Notes: generated by a model from the letters alone, not told the origin. DNA of 64,000 nucleotides from an uncultured bacterium (GCA_963813815.1 CAWFAD010000007.1:403814-467813), one strand, 5' to 3'. Counted from the stretch's first letter, positions 39,084-48,819 are shown. Numbers and translations are program-made.

Positions 39084-40661
39084 GTGCGCGGCGGTCGCGT
39101 CATATCCCCCTTTCGTTCGATTCTCGCGCGCGAGACGGCGCTCGAGCGGTTTCCGTCCCGCGGCTCGCGGGGGCTCCCCGTCGCGGCCGGCTATCCCGCC
39201 CCCTACCGGATCGGGATGTCGAATCTCGGATTTCATTTTCTGTACGCCGGTCTCAGGCGCTCCCCCGGCGTTTCGGTCGAGCGATTCTTTTCGGATACCT
39301 CGCCCCTGACCCTCGAAACGGGCTCGCCCCTCTCGTCCGCGTCGGTCATCTTCTTCAGTATCTCGTATGAGGAAGACTACCTCAACGCGGTCCGCATCCT
39401 TCACGAGGCCGGGGTTCCCGCCCGGCGGATCGAGCGCACGCGGGGGCCGCTCGTCATCGCCGGCGGACCCGCGGTGAGCGCCAATCCGGCGCCCTTTTCC
39501 GCGATCGCCGACGCGATCGCGCTCGGGGAAGGAGAGGGCACGCTCGATGAGATTATCCGCCTGCTGGGGGATACGGGCGAGCTCGCGAGGGACGAGACGC
39601 TCGTCTCCCTCGCCGGGCTCCCGGGCGTTCTCGTGCCCGGAGCGCCGGGCCGGAGCGCGGGCTACCGGGAGCCGATCGCCTGCGGCCCGTTTTCGCATTC
39701 GACGGTTATCACGCCGGATACCGTATTTCCGGACATGCTGCTCGTCGAATCAGGACGGGGTTGCCCCGGCGCGTGCGCGTTCTGCCTCGCGACCTCGCTC
39801 TACCGCCCCTTTCGATATCTGAGGAGAGATGCGCTCGAGGAAACGCTCTCGCGTCTCGCCGCGCCGGTGCGGAGGGTCGGGCTCGTGAGCCCTGCCGTCG
39901 CCGCGAACCCGGAGTTCGGCGCGATCGTTGGGATGCTCCGGTCGCGCGGCATCGCGGTGTCGACGAGCTCGCTGCGGGCCGAGGATCTCGACGAGGAAAC
40001 GGCGCGGATCGTGGGAGAGGCGGGAACGGCGAGCGTGAGCCTCGCCCCCGAGTCCGGAAGCGAGCGTGTGCGGTACCTGCTCGGCAAACGGACGCCGAAC
40101 GAGCTCTACTTCAACGTCGCCGCGCGTCTGCGCGAGTCCGGCGTGAACCGTTTCACGCTCTACCTCCTCGTCGGCTGCCCCGGGGAGGACGATGACGTGA
40201 TACCGGCGACGAAAACCTTCATGGAGGGGTTCAAAAAGGCGATCGGCGGCATGAGCTTTTCCGTGCACGTGAACGCGCTCGTGCCGAAACCCTGGACGCC
40301 GCTGCAGTTCCATGCGATGCCGGACGAGGGAAGGCTCGAGGAGATTCAGGGCCGCATGGCGAGCATGCTCCGGGGGCTCGGACTGCGGCCACGCATGAAA
40401 TCCGCGCGCTCGGCCGTCCGCCAGGCGCTTCTCTCGATCGGGGACGAGAAGATCGGAGAGGCGATCGTGCTTCACGTCGAACGGGGGCTCTCCTGGCGAA
40501 AGGCGCTCGGGGAGGCCGGGGTCGATAGCGGGATGCCGCACGCGCGCAAGGGACCCGATGCGTCATTCCCGTGGAACGACATCTCGGGCCCCGTTCGTCG
40601 CGACGTACTGCGAAAGCGATTCGAGTCGATTGCCGGTGGCGGTCCCGACGGGGAACGGTAG
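39084..40661 (+). CDS. Radical SAM protein (YgiQ/TIGR03960-like)
   Basis: Y.IGMSNLG, GGP...NP, RGCPGACAFC (CxxxCxxC), SLR, APESGSER, VPKPWTP. Start uncertain. Confidence 0.85.
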   Translation: MRGGRVISPFRSILARETALERFPSRGSRGLPVAAGYPAPYRIGMSNLGFHFLYAGLRRSPGVSVERFFSDTSPLTLETGSPLSSASVIFFSISYEEDYLNAVRILHEAGVPARRIERTRGPLVIAGGPAVSANPAPFSAIADAIALGEGEGTLDEIIRLLGDTGELARDETLVSLAGLPGVLVPGAPGRSAGYREPIACGPFSHSTVITPDTVFPDMLLVESGRGCPGACAFCLATSLYRPFRYLRRDALEETLSRLAAPVRRVGLVSPAVAANPEFGAIVGMLRSRGIAVSTSSLRAEDLDEETARIVGEAGTASVSLAPESGSERVRYLLGKRTPNELYFNVAARLRESGVNRFTLYLLVGCPGEDDDVIPATKTFMEGFKKAIGGMSFSVHVNALVPKPWTPLQFHAMPDEGRLEEIQGRMASMLRGLGLRPRMKSARSAVRQALLSIGDEKIGEAIVLHVERGLSWRKALGEAGVDSGMPHARKGPDASFPWNDISGPVRRDVLRKRFESIAGGGPDGER

Positions 40662-40670
40662 AGGCGGGCT

Positions 40671-40859
40671 TCAGGCCTTCTTGACCGCGCCGCTCTTGAT
40701 GCAGCGGGTGCAGACGGTGGCCTTTCCGGTCTTCCCGTTGACCGTGATGCGAATCTTCTGCAGGTTCGGAAGCTGACGGCGTTTCGAAACGTTATGGGCG
40801 TGGCTGATCTGATTGCCCATCATGGGCCTTTTTCCGCATATTGCGCATTCCTTGGACAT
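40671..40859 (-). CDS. rpmB: 50S ribosomal protein L28 (zinc-binding type)
   Basis: [21 protein letters not shown]...PNLQ...[15 protein letters not shown]. Confidence 0.96.
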   Translation of the reverse strand: MSKECAICGKRPMMGNQISHAHNVSKRRQLPNLQKIRITVNGKTGKATVCTRCIKSGAVKKA

Positions 40860-40890
40860 GGTATCCTCCCGGTTGCCGAAAAGTGCAAAT

Positions 40891-40919
40891 AATCTACGCT
40901 AACGGAGAGCGCTTGGCAA
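40891..40919 (-). promoter_or_regulatory. Putative sigma70 promoter for rpmB
   Basis: Minus strand TTGCCA (40919-40914), 17 nt, TAGATT (40896-40891). Confidence 0.55.
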
Positions 40920-40926
40920 GGGGATA

Positions 40927-43029
40927 ATGGGAACCGGATCGAGATCAAACGACCTGCTCCGGCAGAGCAGCCAGTTCATAAAGGGCGTCGGCCCCGCGAG
41001 ACAGGTCTCGCTCGAGCGCCTCGGCATACGGACCGTCGAGGACCTCATCATGCATTTTCCTCGCGCCTACTACGACCGGCGGAATCTCGTCCCCATCGGC
41101 GGGTTGCGGCCCGGCGCGGAGGCGACCTTCGTGGGCACGATATTGGCCGTTTCCCCCCGGGCGGGAAGGCATGGGCGAAGCATCCTCACCGTCGCCGTGG
41201 GGGACGAGACGGGCGTCGTGAATCTCGTCTATTTCAACCGTCCGTACCTCGAGCGGTATTTGAGGCAGGGGGAGCGCGTCGTCGTCAGCGGAGAGATGAC
41301 GACGTACCGCGACACGCGCCAGCTCGTTTCCCCTGAATGCGAGGCCATCGGGGGAGAGCTCACCGAGTCGCTCATTCACGCCGGTCGCATCGTTCCGGTC
41401 TATCCGCTCACCGGGGGGATCTCGCAGCGCATGATGCGGCGGATCGTTCACGAGGCGCTCGAAAAATCCGCGGGGGCGTTCCCGGAGAACCTCACCCCCG
41501 GGCTCATGAAGGAGTTCGACGTGCCGCCGAGGGCCGCGGCGCTCGCGGAAATGCATTATCCCGAATCGCTCGACCGGCTCGAACGGGCGAAGCGCCGCTT
41601 CAAGATCGAGGAGGTTTTCTTTCTGCACCTGCTCCTCAAGGAACGCCGCACGCGCCTCGAGCGGACGCGCAGACGACCGCCCGTCGCGCCGCCGCACGAG
41701 CTCTGCGAGCGGTTCGTCGCCGCGCTGCCCTTCGAGCTCACCGCGGCGCAGCGGCGCGTGCTCGATGAGGTCCGGCGGGACGTCGAGCGGAGCGCGGGGC
41801 TCAGCCGGCTCATACAGGGGGAGGTGGGATCGGGGAAGACGGTCGTGGCGCTTGCCGCAGCCATGCTCGCGATCGGCGGGGGGTACCAGGCGGCCTTCAT
41901 GGCGCCGACGGAAATCCTGGCCATGCAGCATCACGACCGCGCGCGGGAGCTCTGCGGCGGGCTCGGCGTGCGGACCGCGCTTCTCATCGGTTCGCTCCCC
42001 AGGCCCGAAAAGTCGCGGGTGCAGGAGGAGATCCGCTCGGGGCGGGTCGATCTCGTGGTCGGCACGCACGCCCTCATCCAAGAGGTCATATCCTTCAAGC
42101 AGCTCGGTCTCGCCGTCATCGACGAGCAGCACCGTTTCGGCGTGAAGCAGCGGGCGAGCTTCGGCAGGGAGGAGGCTCTCCTGCCGCATTTTCTCGTCAT
42201 GACGGCGACCCCGATCCCGCGGAGCCTCGCGCAGACCGTGTATGGCGATCTCGATCTCTCGATCATCGACGAGCTGCCGCGCGGCCGTCGGCGGGTCGCG
42301 ACGAAGCTCGTTTCCGCGGAGGAGCACCGGCGCGTGTACGGCGAAATCCGCGCCGCGTTCGAGAGAGGCGAGCAGGCTTTCATTCTCTATCCGCTCGTCC
42401 AGGAGAGCGAGCGGATAGATCTGCGGGCGGCCACCGAGGAGTTCGAGCGGCTGCAGCGGGAAGAGTTCGCCGTCTATCCCCTCGGCCTGCTGCACGGAAG
42501 GATGAGCTTCGAGGAGAAGGCGAAGGCGATCGACCTCTTCCGCCGCGGAGAGATACTCGGTCTCGTGACGACGACCGTGATCGAGGTCGGCGTCGACATA
42601 CCGAACGCCTCGATGCTCCTCGTCAACAATCCGGAACGGTTCGGGCTCGCCCAGCTCCACCAGCTGCGGGGCCGCGTCGGAAGAGGCGGCGCGGACGGCT
42701 TCTGCTGGCTTCTCGTGAGCGACGACGCCGGAGCGGCGACCCGCGAGCGCCTGTCCTTCTTCGCGACCCACGACGACGGTTTCGCGGTGGCGGAGGAGGA
42801 TCTGCGGATTCGCGGTCCCGGCGAAATCTGGGGGTATCGCCAATCCGGAACCCCCGGCTTTCGTCTCATCAATCCGCTCGGAGATCAAGAGCTCGTTCGA
42901 CTTTCCTGGAACGCCGCGGGAAGGATCATCGACGGGGATCCCGGCCTCGCGCTTCCCGAGCACGGCGCGATCGCTCGCTACTACCGGGGGTATTACCTGC
43001 CGAGGATGGAGCTCGCGGAGATCGGATAG
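40927..43029 (+). CDS. recG: ATP-dependent DNA helicase RecG
   Basis: KGVGP, QGEVGSGKT, DEQHRFGV, MTATPIPR, QLHQLRGRVGRG, DLRIRGPGE. Confidence 0.96.
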   Translation: MGTGSRSNDLLRQSSQFIKGVGPARQVSLERLGIRTVEDLIMHFPRAYYDRRNLVPIGGLRPGAEATFVGTILAVSPRAGRHGRSILTVAVGDETGVVNLVYFNRPYLERYLRQGERVVVSGEMTTYRDTRQLVSPECEAIGGELTESLIHAGRIVPVYPLTGGISQRMMRRIVHEALEKSAGAFPENLTPGLMKEFDVPPRAAALAEMHYPESLDRLERAKRRFKIEEVFFLHLLLKERRTRLERTRRRPPVAPPHELCERFVAALPFELTAAQRRVLDEVRRDVERSAGLSRLIQGEVGSGKTVVALAAAMLAIGGGYQAAFMAPTEILAMQHHDRARELCGGLGVRTALLIGSLPRPEKSRVQEEIRSGRVDLVVGTHALIQEVISFKQLGLAVIDEQHRFGVKQRASFGREEALLPHFLVMTATPIPRSLAQTVYGDLDLSIIDELPRGRRRVATKLVSAEEHRRVYGEIRAAFERGEQAFILYPLVQESERIDLRAATEEFERLQREEFAVYPLGLLHGRMSFEEKAKAIDLFRRGEILGLVTTTVIEVGVDIPNASMLLVNNPERFGLAQLHQLRGRVGRGGADGFCWLLVSDDAGAATRERLSFFATHDDGFAVAEEDLRIRGPGEIWGYRQSGTPGFRLINPLGDQELVRLSWNAAGRIIDGDPGLALPEHGAIARYYRGYYLPRMELAEIG

Positions 43030-43073
43030 CGCGCGGCCGCGGCGAAGCCTCCCGCCGGCGAAAGGAGATCCCG

Positions 43074-43622
43074 ATGCTTTCGAGAGAGCAGGCTCTGGAG
43101 CTCGTGAACGCCAATCTCACGAAGAAGAACCTCGTGAAGCACGTGCTCGCCGTTGAGGCGATTATGCGGTCGCTGGCGCGCGCTCTCGGGCAGGACGAGG
43201 ACGCGTGGGGGCTCGCCGGGCTTCTCCACGATCTCGACTACGAACGGACGGCGAGCGACCCGTCGAATCACGGACGTCTCACCGTCGAGATGATCTCGGG
43301 GTGCGATCTTCCGCCGGGGATCGACAACGCGGTGCTCGCCCACGCCGGGCACGCCCCCCGCAACTCGCTCATGGACAAGGCGATATACTGCTCTGACCCG
43401 GTGACTGGCTTGATAGTTGCATCGGCCCTCATGCATCCCTCGAAGAAGCTCGCGGGGATCGACCCCGACTTCGTGGGAAATCGCTTCAAGGAAAAGCGGT
43501 TCGCAGCAGGAGCAAGCCGCGAAGCGATTGCAAGTTGTGGCGAGCTGGGTCTCGAATTGCATGAGTTTTTCCGGATCGCGATCGATGCCATGAGAGGCAT
43601 CGCCGCCGATTTGGATCTCTAG
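43074..43622 (+). CDS. HD(IG)-domain metal-dependent phosphohydrolase
   Basis: KHVLAVE, GLLHDLDYE, KRFAAG. Confidence 0.85.
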   Translation: MLSREQALELVNANLTKKNLVKHVLAVEAIMRSLARALGQDEDAWGLAGLLHDLDYERTASDPSNHGRLTVEMISGCDLPPGIDNAVLAHAGHAPRNSLMDKAIYCSDPVTGLIVASALMHPSKKLAGIDPDFVGNRFKEKRFAAGASREAIASCGELGLELHEFFRIAIDAMRGIAADLDL

Positions 43623-43673
43623 AGGGCGGGATCCCGGCTCGAGCCTGACGAACCGAATCGGAGGGCGTGAGCT

Positions 43674-44252
43674 ATGATCGTCACATGCGATGGCTGTCGC
43701 ACGAAGTATCTCCTCAGCGACGAGAAGGTGCCGGAGCGTGGCGTCCGGGTGAGGTGCCCGAAGTGCAAGTTCGTGTGGCGTCTCATGCCGCGGGTCGACG
43801 AGTCGGTGTTCGAGGTTTCGAGCGGCGTGTTCGCCGGGCAGGAGCCCGAGGTGGGGGAGCAGCAGTCGAGCGGATGGACCACCGCCGAAAAGACGCTTCG
43901 CTCGTTCGCCGGACACGCCCTTCATGCGAACGAGGAGGGGGAGCGTCCCGCCGAGCAGGCGGACGAGACGCCCAAGGCGCCGGCGGCCGCGACGGAGGAT
44001 CCCGAGGTTCGCAAACGCCTCGATCGCTCAAAAAGATTGGCGCGGGTGTACGTCAGTGATATTCTCGTGTACAACAAGGATAAGCGCGACAAGGCCCTCG
44101 AGAACGGCGATCTCATGACGGCCCTGGGCCCCGAGATCAAGAAGGCGTGGGAGGCGTACAAGGAAAAGGTCGGCTCCAACCTTCCGGAATCGAGCGGGTT
44201 CTTCCGCGACGCCTTGAATGACATCCTGGCCGACGGCCGAAAGATATTCTGA
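43674..44252 (+). CDS. Zinc-ribbon (MJ0042-type) protein with helical C-terminal domain
   Basis: MIVTCDGCRTKY...VRCPKCKFVW; acidic linker; RLARVYVSDILVYN helical domain. Confidence 0.8.
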   Translation: MIVTCDGCRTKYLLSDEKVPERGVRVRCPKCKFVWRLMPRVDESVFEVSSGVFAGQEPEVGEQQSSGWTTAEKTLRSFAGHALHANEEGERPAEQADETPKAPAAATEDPEVRKRLDRSKRLARVYVSDILVYNKDKRDKALENGDLMTALGPEIKKAWEAYKEKVGSNLPESSGFFRDALNDILADGRKIF

Positions 44253-44256
44253 TGTC

Positions 44257-45087
44257 GTGCGGGACGCAGCGCTCTATATACTGAACCTCCAGGGCGAGCT
44301 TCGAAACGAGTTCCTCGCCGCAGCGAAGCTTCCCGATGGGGTTTCCGTCAGCGAGTTCGATACCGCCGCAAAGCTCATCCGCGAGTTGAAACGCTCGGGC
44401 GGGAAGCCGCCGAGCGTCATTGTGTTTCTGCCCAAACGGACCTTCGATCCCCGCAAGGCCCGACGCATAAGGCTCGCGAGACTCGATTCGCCCCTCTACA
44501 TCGTCGCGAGGAAATGCAGCGAGAAGGACTATCTCGTCTACCTCGCCCTCGGCGCCAACGCCGTGCTGCAGCCTCCGTTCGAAAAAGGGGATGTCCAGCA
44601 GATGCTGAGCGGCCGCTCGAGCGGCGAGATACCGTTTCCCCGCAGCGCCGAGGTCGTCAGGGAAGGGCAGGCGCGCCTCGATTTTCTCATGCCGAGCAAG
44701 CTCTCCCGCATCCTCGGCGTGAACCGGCTCGTCGCCTTTCTCGCGAACGAGTTCGGGTTTCCGGCCGAGGAGGCCGACGTCAACCTGCCTCTTGTCATAG
44801 ACGAGGCGCTCACGAACGCGATCATCCACGGCAACGCGCAGCGGGAGGATCGGAAAGTGCACGTCCGCATCTACATCAGCGTGCACCGGTTCTTCGTGCA
44901 GGTCGAGGATGAGGGGGCGGGATTCGATCCGTCGCTCGCCGGCGATCCGAAGGCGGGGGAGAACGTGTACAAACGATCGGGCCGGGGCATCTACCTCATG
45001 CGGGAGCTCATGGACCGGGTCGAGTTCAAGAACGGCGGGCGGCTCGTCGAGCTCGAGAAGCGCAATCCCCTGAACGGAGCGTCCTAG
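44257..45087 (+). CDS. RsbW-like anti-sigma/Ser-Thr kinase (HATPase) with degenerate receiver-like N-terminus
   Basis: EALTNAIIHGN, VEDEGAGFD, GRGIYLMRELMD.V; N-terminal LGANAVLQPPF resembles a receiver C-terminus. Start 44218 or 44257. Confidence 0.82.
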   Translation: MRDAALYILNLQGELRNEFLAAAKLPDGVSVSEFDTAAKLIRELKRSGGKPPSVIVFLPKRTFDPRKARRIRLARLDSPLYIVARKCSEKDYLVYLALGANAVLQPPFEKGDVQQMLSGRSSGEIPFPRSAEVVREGQARLDFLMPSKLSRILGVNRLVAFLANEFGFPAEEADVNLPLVIDEALTNAIIHGNAQREDRKVHVRIYISVHRFFVQVEDEGAGFDPSLAGDPKAGENVYKRSGRGIYLMRELMDRVEFKNGGRLVELEKRNPLNGAS

Positions 45088-45093
45088 ACGCCG

Positions 45094-45534
45094 CTACTCG
45101 TTTCCCCACTTTTCGCGCGCGATGCGATCGAGCAGCTTCTCCACCTGCCCGCGCACGCGTTCGTCCTGGTCGGGCTCGAACAGCACCTTGCGGACGCGGC
45201 CCTGCTCGTCCTTCTGGACGTAGCGGAGCGCCTTGATATGCTCGATCGGCACGAGGATGTCCTTGCTGACGCGAACGTCGACGGCGTTGCCGTCGAGATT
45301 GCGGTCGGGATGGTTCCACGGATGCATGCCGACGCCGCATCCGTGCACGATCATGCTGCAGACGACGGCGCGGAAGGTGTTCTGGCGCTGCACGGTGTCG
45401 AGCTCGAAGGTCCCCTGGAACTTCTCCATCATCCCGTCGACAACGGCGGTGAGCTTGCCGACGACTTCGTCCTTCGGTTCGACGTTGAGGAGCCGATTGA
45501 AAACCTCGCGGAGTATTTTTTCCGTTACCTGCAT
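45094..45534 (-). CDS. Hypothetical protein
   Basis: 146-aa ORF from MQVTEK, downstream of the MFS gene, with typical codon usage; no family recognised. Confidence 0.6.
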   Translation of the reverse strand: MQVTEKILREVFNRLLNVEPKDEVVGKLTAVVDGMMEKFQGTFELDTVQRQNTFRAVVCSMIVHGCGVGMHPWNHPDRNLDGNAVDVRVSKDILVPIEHIKALRYVQKDEQGRVRKVLFEPDQDERVRGQVEKLLDRIAREKWGNE

Positions 45535-45556
45535 CCTGACTGACCCCCGTTCGCTG

Positions 45557-46804
45557 TCATTCCGCGCGGCGCGCGCTGAGGCGCCGCGAGACCATTGCGA
45601 CCCACAAAACTCCGGCAATTGCAAGAAAGAGACCAAGGACGCCGAGAAGCCAACGCTTCGAGACGTACGTCGCGAGCCACGAGAAGAGAAACGCCGCGGC
45701 GATGAAGAGCGTGCGCGTGCAGATCTCCCGGAAGGCGAAAATCCTTCCCCTCATCGTTTCGCCGCTTTCGCGCTGGATCTCCGATTCGGCGATGATGATG
45801 AGAGGCGCCGCGGCGAAACCGGCGATGAGGGCTCCGGCGAGCGTCGCCGGGAGATTCCGTCCGAGAGCGATCGCGGCGGCGGAGGCCACGGTGAGGCAGA
45901 AGAGCCCCATTTCGATCCGCTCGCGGTTGCGGGAGTCGAGACGCATCCTGCTCGCCGCGAACGAGCCGAGGCCCATGCCGGCGCCGAGGGAGAGCCCGGT
46001 GAGGCTGAGCCCCATGGAGGTTCCGGGCGGCGTCAGATCCTTGATGAGCGGAAGCGCAAGCACCGAAAAGCCGCCGGCGCCAAGCCAGATGAGCGACTGC
46101 ACGCCGATCGGGCGGACGATCGCAGGCGTGCCGCGGATCGCCCTCACGCCCTCGAGCACCGCGGTCGGAAGCTCCGGATGGTAGGTGGCTCCCCGGCGGT
46201 CGCGCGGAACGGTCCGCATCCGGTGAATCGCGATGCCGAGTATGAGGGATGCCGAGATGAAATAGCTCGCCGCGTCGAGCCAGAAGCACGCGCGCCACGA
46301 GAAGTAATCGTAGATGAGCCCCCCTCCGAGAAACCCGCCGGCGACTCCGGCGATCCCGGCGCCCCAGAGGATCGAGTTCACGTGTACGAGCTGCTCGGGG
46401 GGCACGAGCTCGGGAATCAGGGCCGATTTCGCGGGAAGGAAGAACAGGTTGCCGGTGGCGAGCAGGAAGACGACCACCATGATCGGAAAGAAATCCCCCG
46501 TGAGGTCGAAGAGGAAAGGAATGAGGAGAACGAGCACGCCGCGGCAGAGGTCGGTCACGACGAGGATCCAGCGCTTGTCGAGCCGGTCGACGATCGCTCC
46601 GATGAAGGGCGCGAGGAGATAGATCGGAAGGCTCATCGCCAGGTAAAAATAGGCGAGCATGAGGGAGGGGTTGCCGGAGAACGAATTGAAGAGGGCCATG
46701 AGGGAAAAGTTGCTGAGCCGGTCGCCGAAGAGCGACACCGTCTGGGCCGCCCAGAACATGGCGAAGAGCGCCGCGGGGAGGTAGCTCGTCGTCGCGCGTT
46801 TCAT
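45557..46804 (-). CDS. MFS transporter (H+ antiporter/LplT-like)
   Basis: About 12 TM helices; GAIVDRLDKR motif A; PAKSALIPELV; RGRIFA. Confidence 0.88.
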   Translation of the reverse strand: MKRATTSYLPAALFAMFWAAQTVSLFGDRLSNFSLMALFNSFSGNPSLMLAYFYLAMSLPIYLLAPFIGAIVDRLDKRWILVVTDLCRGVLVLLIPFLFDLTGDFFPIMVVVFLLATGNLFFLPAKSALIPELVPPEQLVHVNSILWGAGIAGVAGGFLGGGLIYDYFSWRACFWLDAASYFISASLILGIAIHRMRTVPRDRRGATYHPELPTAVLEGVRAIRGTPAIVRPIGVQSLIWLGAGGFSVLALPLIKDLTPPGTSMGLSLTGLSLGAGMGLGSFAASRMRLDSRNRERIEMGLFCLTVASAAAIALGRNLPATLAGALIAGFAAAPLIIIAESEIQRESGETMRGRIFAFREICTRTLFIAAAFLFSWLATYVSKRWLLGVLGLFLAIAGVLWVAMVSRRLSARRAE

Positions 46805-47961
46805 GAGCCCGCGCCTCCGCGCCCCCCGGCGGGGCCGGACGGCGCGTCGCCGGCGACTTCGAGGTAGATCGCCTCCAGCCGCTTCACGACGGCGGACCAC
46901 TCGTAGCGCAGCGCCTTCGCCCTGCCGGCCTCGCTGAGCCTCGATCGCAGCTCGGGGCTGCCGGCGATCGCGAGCAAGGCGCGCGCTATCGCGGAGGGAT
47001 CCCGGGGAGGGACGAGGAGCCCCTCGGCGCCCTCGGCGACCACGGCGCGGTACCCGGCTATGTCCGAGGCGACGAGCGGCGTTCCGGCCGCCATCGCCTC
47101 GAGGAGCACGATTCCGAAGCTTTCCCGTCCGACGGCGGGCGAGCAGAAAACGTCAGCCGTCGCGTAGTACCGCGGGAGCTCCTCGGGCGACACCCGTCCG
47201 ATCCATGCGATCTCGGCGCCGGCCAGATCGCGGGGACGCGAGCACATCATGCCTCGCAGGCCCTTTTCGCCGACCACGAGGAGACGCACGCGTCCTTGGA
47301 GCTCGCGCGCGACGAGAGGCAGCGCCCGGCAGAGGTAGGATACGCCCTTTCTGCGGTCGAGACGGCCGACGAAGAGGATGTTGAACCTTCCGTCCCGGAA
47401 GCGGCCGATGGGCTCGAGACCGGGCCGGAACCGCTCGCAGTCGACGCCGTTCGGGACGATATCGTAGTCGCCGGGGAAGTAGCGGGAGACGAATCGGCGC
47501 GCCGCATCCGAAACCGCCATGCGACGGTCGAGCCGCTCGGCCCGACGGGCGAGGGGTTTTCGAAAGACGGCGTAAGCGAGGTTTTTCTCCGCCGCCGCAT
47601 GGAAGGTCCCGACGAGCTTTTGACCGGGGCGGATCGCCTCGAACGCCATGAGGGGGAGGGTCGGCACGAGGGGGCAATGCGTGTGAACGACGTCGAAGGC
47701 CTCCCGCTCGAAGATGCGCCGGAGCTGCGACGTGAGATCGATGCCCACCGTCATGTTGACCAGCGCCCCGTTCATCGGCACGAGGACGTTGCGCCCGATC
47801 CGGATGACGCCGGGGTCGGGCGTTTCCGCTCCGCCGTAGTGTGTCGTGATGATCCGCACGTCGTGCCCGAGCCGGCGCAGCCCGCGCACCGTATGATGCA
47901 CGACCTCCGTCACGCCGCCGGGGCGCGGATAGTAGGATTGGGTCACCATGGCGATCTTCAT
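46801..47961 (-). CDS. GT4 glycosyltransferase, PimA-like (phosphatidylinositol alpha-mannosyltransferase family)
   Basis: PGGV..., VPMNG, VGTFHA, VPNGVD, GRLDRRKG, GRESFGIVLLEAMAAG, SDIAGY. Confidence 0.8.
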   Translation of the reverse strand: MKIAMVTQSYYPRPGGVTEVVHHTVRGLRRLGHDVRIITTHYGGAETPDPGVIRIGRNVLVPMNGALVNMTVGIDLTSQLRRIFEREAFDVVHTHCPLVPTLPLMAFEAIRPGQKLVGTFHAAAEKNLAYAVFRKPLARRAERLDRRMAVSDAARRFVSRYFPGDYDIVPNGVDCERFRPGLEPIGRFRDGRFNILFVGRLDRRKGVSYLCRALPLVARELQGRVRLLVVGEKGLRGMMCSRPRDLAGAEIAWIGRVSPEELPRYYATADVFCSPAVGRESFGIVLLEAMAAGTPLVASDIAGYRAVVAEGAEGLLVPPRDPSAIARALLAIAGSPELRSRLSEAGRAKALRYEWSAVVKRLEAIYLEVAGDAPSGPAGGRGGAGS

Positions 47962-48809
47962 CGAGAGTTTCCCCACAGCCGCCGGAACATGATCCACTGG
48001 TCCGCGTTTTCCACGATGAACCGCTCGACGGCGCCGTACACGCGGCCGAGCGTCTCGCTCTCGCCAGCCGCCGCGGCTTCGCGCCCACCGAGGAGACGCT
48101 CCAAATGAATGCGGAAACGGCGCCGTCCGGTGCGCCGGCAGTACCCGGCGACGATGGGAGCTCCCGATGCGCGGGCGAGCCTCGCGGGCCCCTCGGGAAG
48201 CCGGATATTCTTCCCGAAGAATACTACCTCGGCGCCCCCCGTGTATATGTTTCCGTCGACGAGGAGCGCGAGGATGCCGCCGGAGGCGAGCGCTCTGAGA
48301 AGCTTTCGCGGCGGATCTTCGGGATTGATGACCTCGATGCCGAGCCTCTCCTTCGCTTCCTTGACGGCGCCGGTCAGGAGCTTCGAGAGCTGGACTCCCG
48401 CGACCACGTGCAGCCGGTAGCCCAGGAACCTCAGGTAGACGCCGCCCGCCTCCCAGCTTCCCGTGTGCTGCGTGACGAGGATGACCCCCTTGCCCTCCGC
48501 GAGCGCCGCGTCGAGCGCGTCTCTGCCCTCGAAATCGAAGCGGTTTTCGAGATCCGCCCTCTTCCAGCGGCTGGCGGCGATCATCTCGATGATGTTGATC
48601 GCGTGGATGAAGAAAATGCCGTAGATGAGACGCGTCCGGGGGGCGAATCCGGCCGCCGAGAGATTCTCGCGCACCGCGCGCCGTTTTCCGGGCGAGAAGG
48701 CAAAATGAATGAACGCGCACGCCGCCGCGGGAATATCGAGAAGGGGCGCCGGGAGAATATTCGCCAGCGCCGCCGTCATCGCAAAAATCTGCTTTCCCAT
48801 GCGTTCCAC
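47958..48809 (-). CDS. Lipid A/PatA-family acyltransferase
   Basis: GKGVILVTQHTGSWE, LLVD, FFG....PEGPARLA, QWIMFRRLW; stop overlaps the pimA-like start. Confidence 0.82.
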   Translation of the reverse strand: MERMGKQIFAMTAALANILPAPLLDIPAAACAFIHFAFSPGKRRAVRENLSAAGFAPRTRLIYGIFFIHAINIIEMIAASRWKRADLENRFDFEGRDALDAALAEGKGVILVTQHTGSWEAGGVYLRFLGYRLHVVAGVQLSKLLTGAVKEAKERLGIEVINPEDPPRKLLRALASGGILALLVDGNIYTGGAEVVFFGKNIRLPEGPARLARASGAPIVAGYCRRTGRRRFRIHLERLLGGREAAAAGESETLGRVYGAVERFIVENADQWIMFRRLWGNSR

Positions 48810-48819
48810 GATTTAACCG

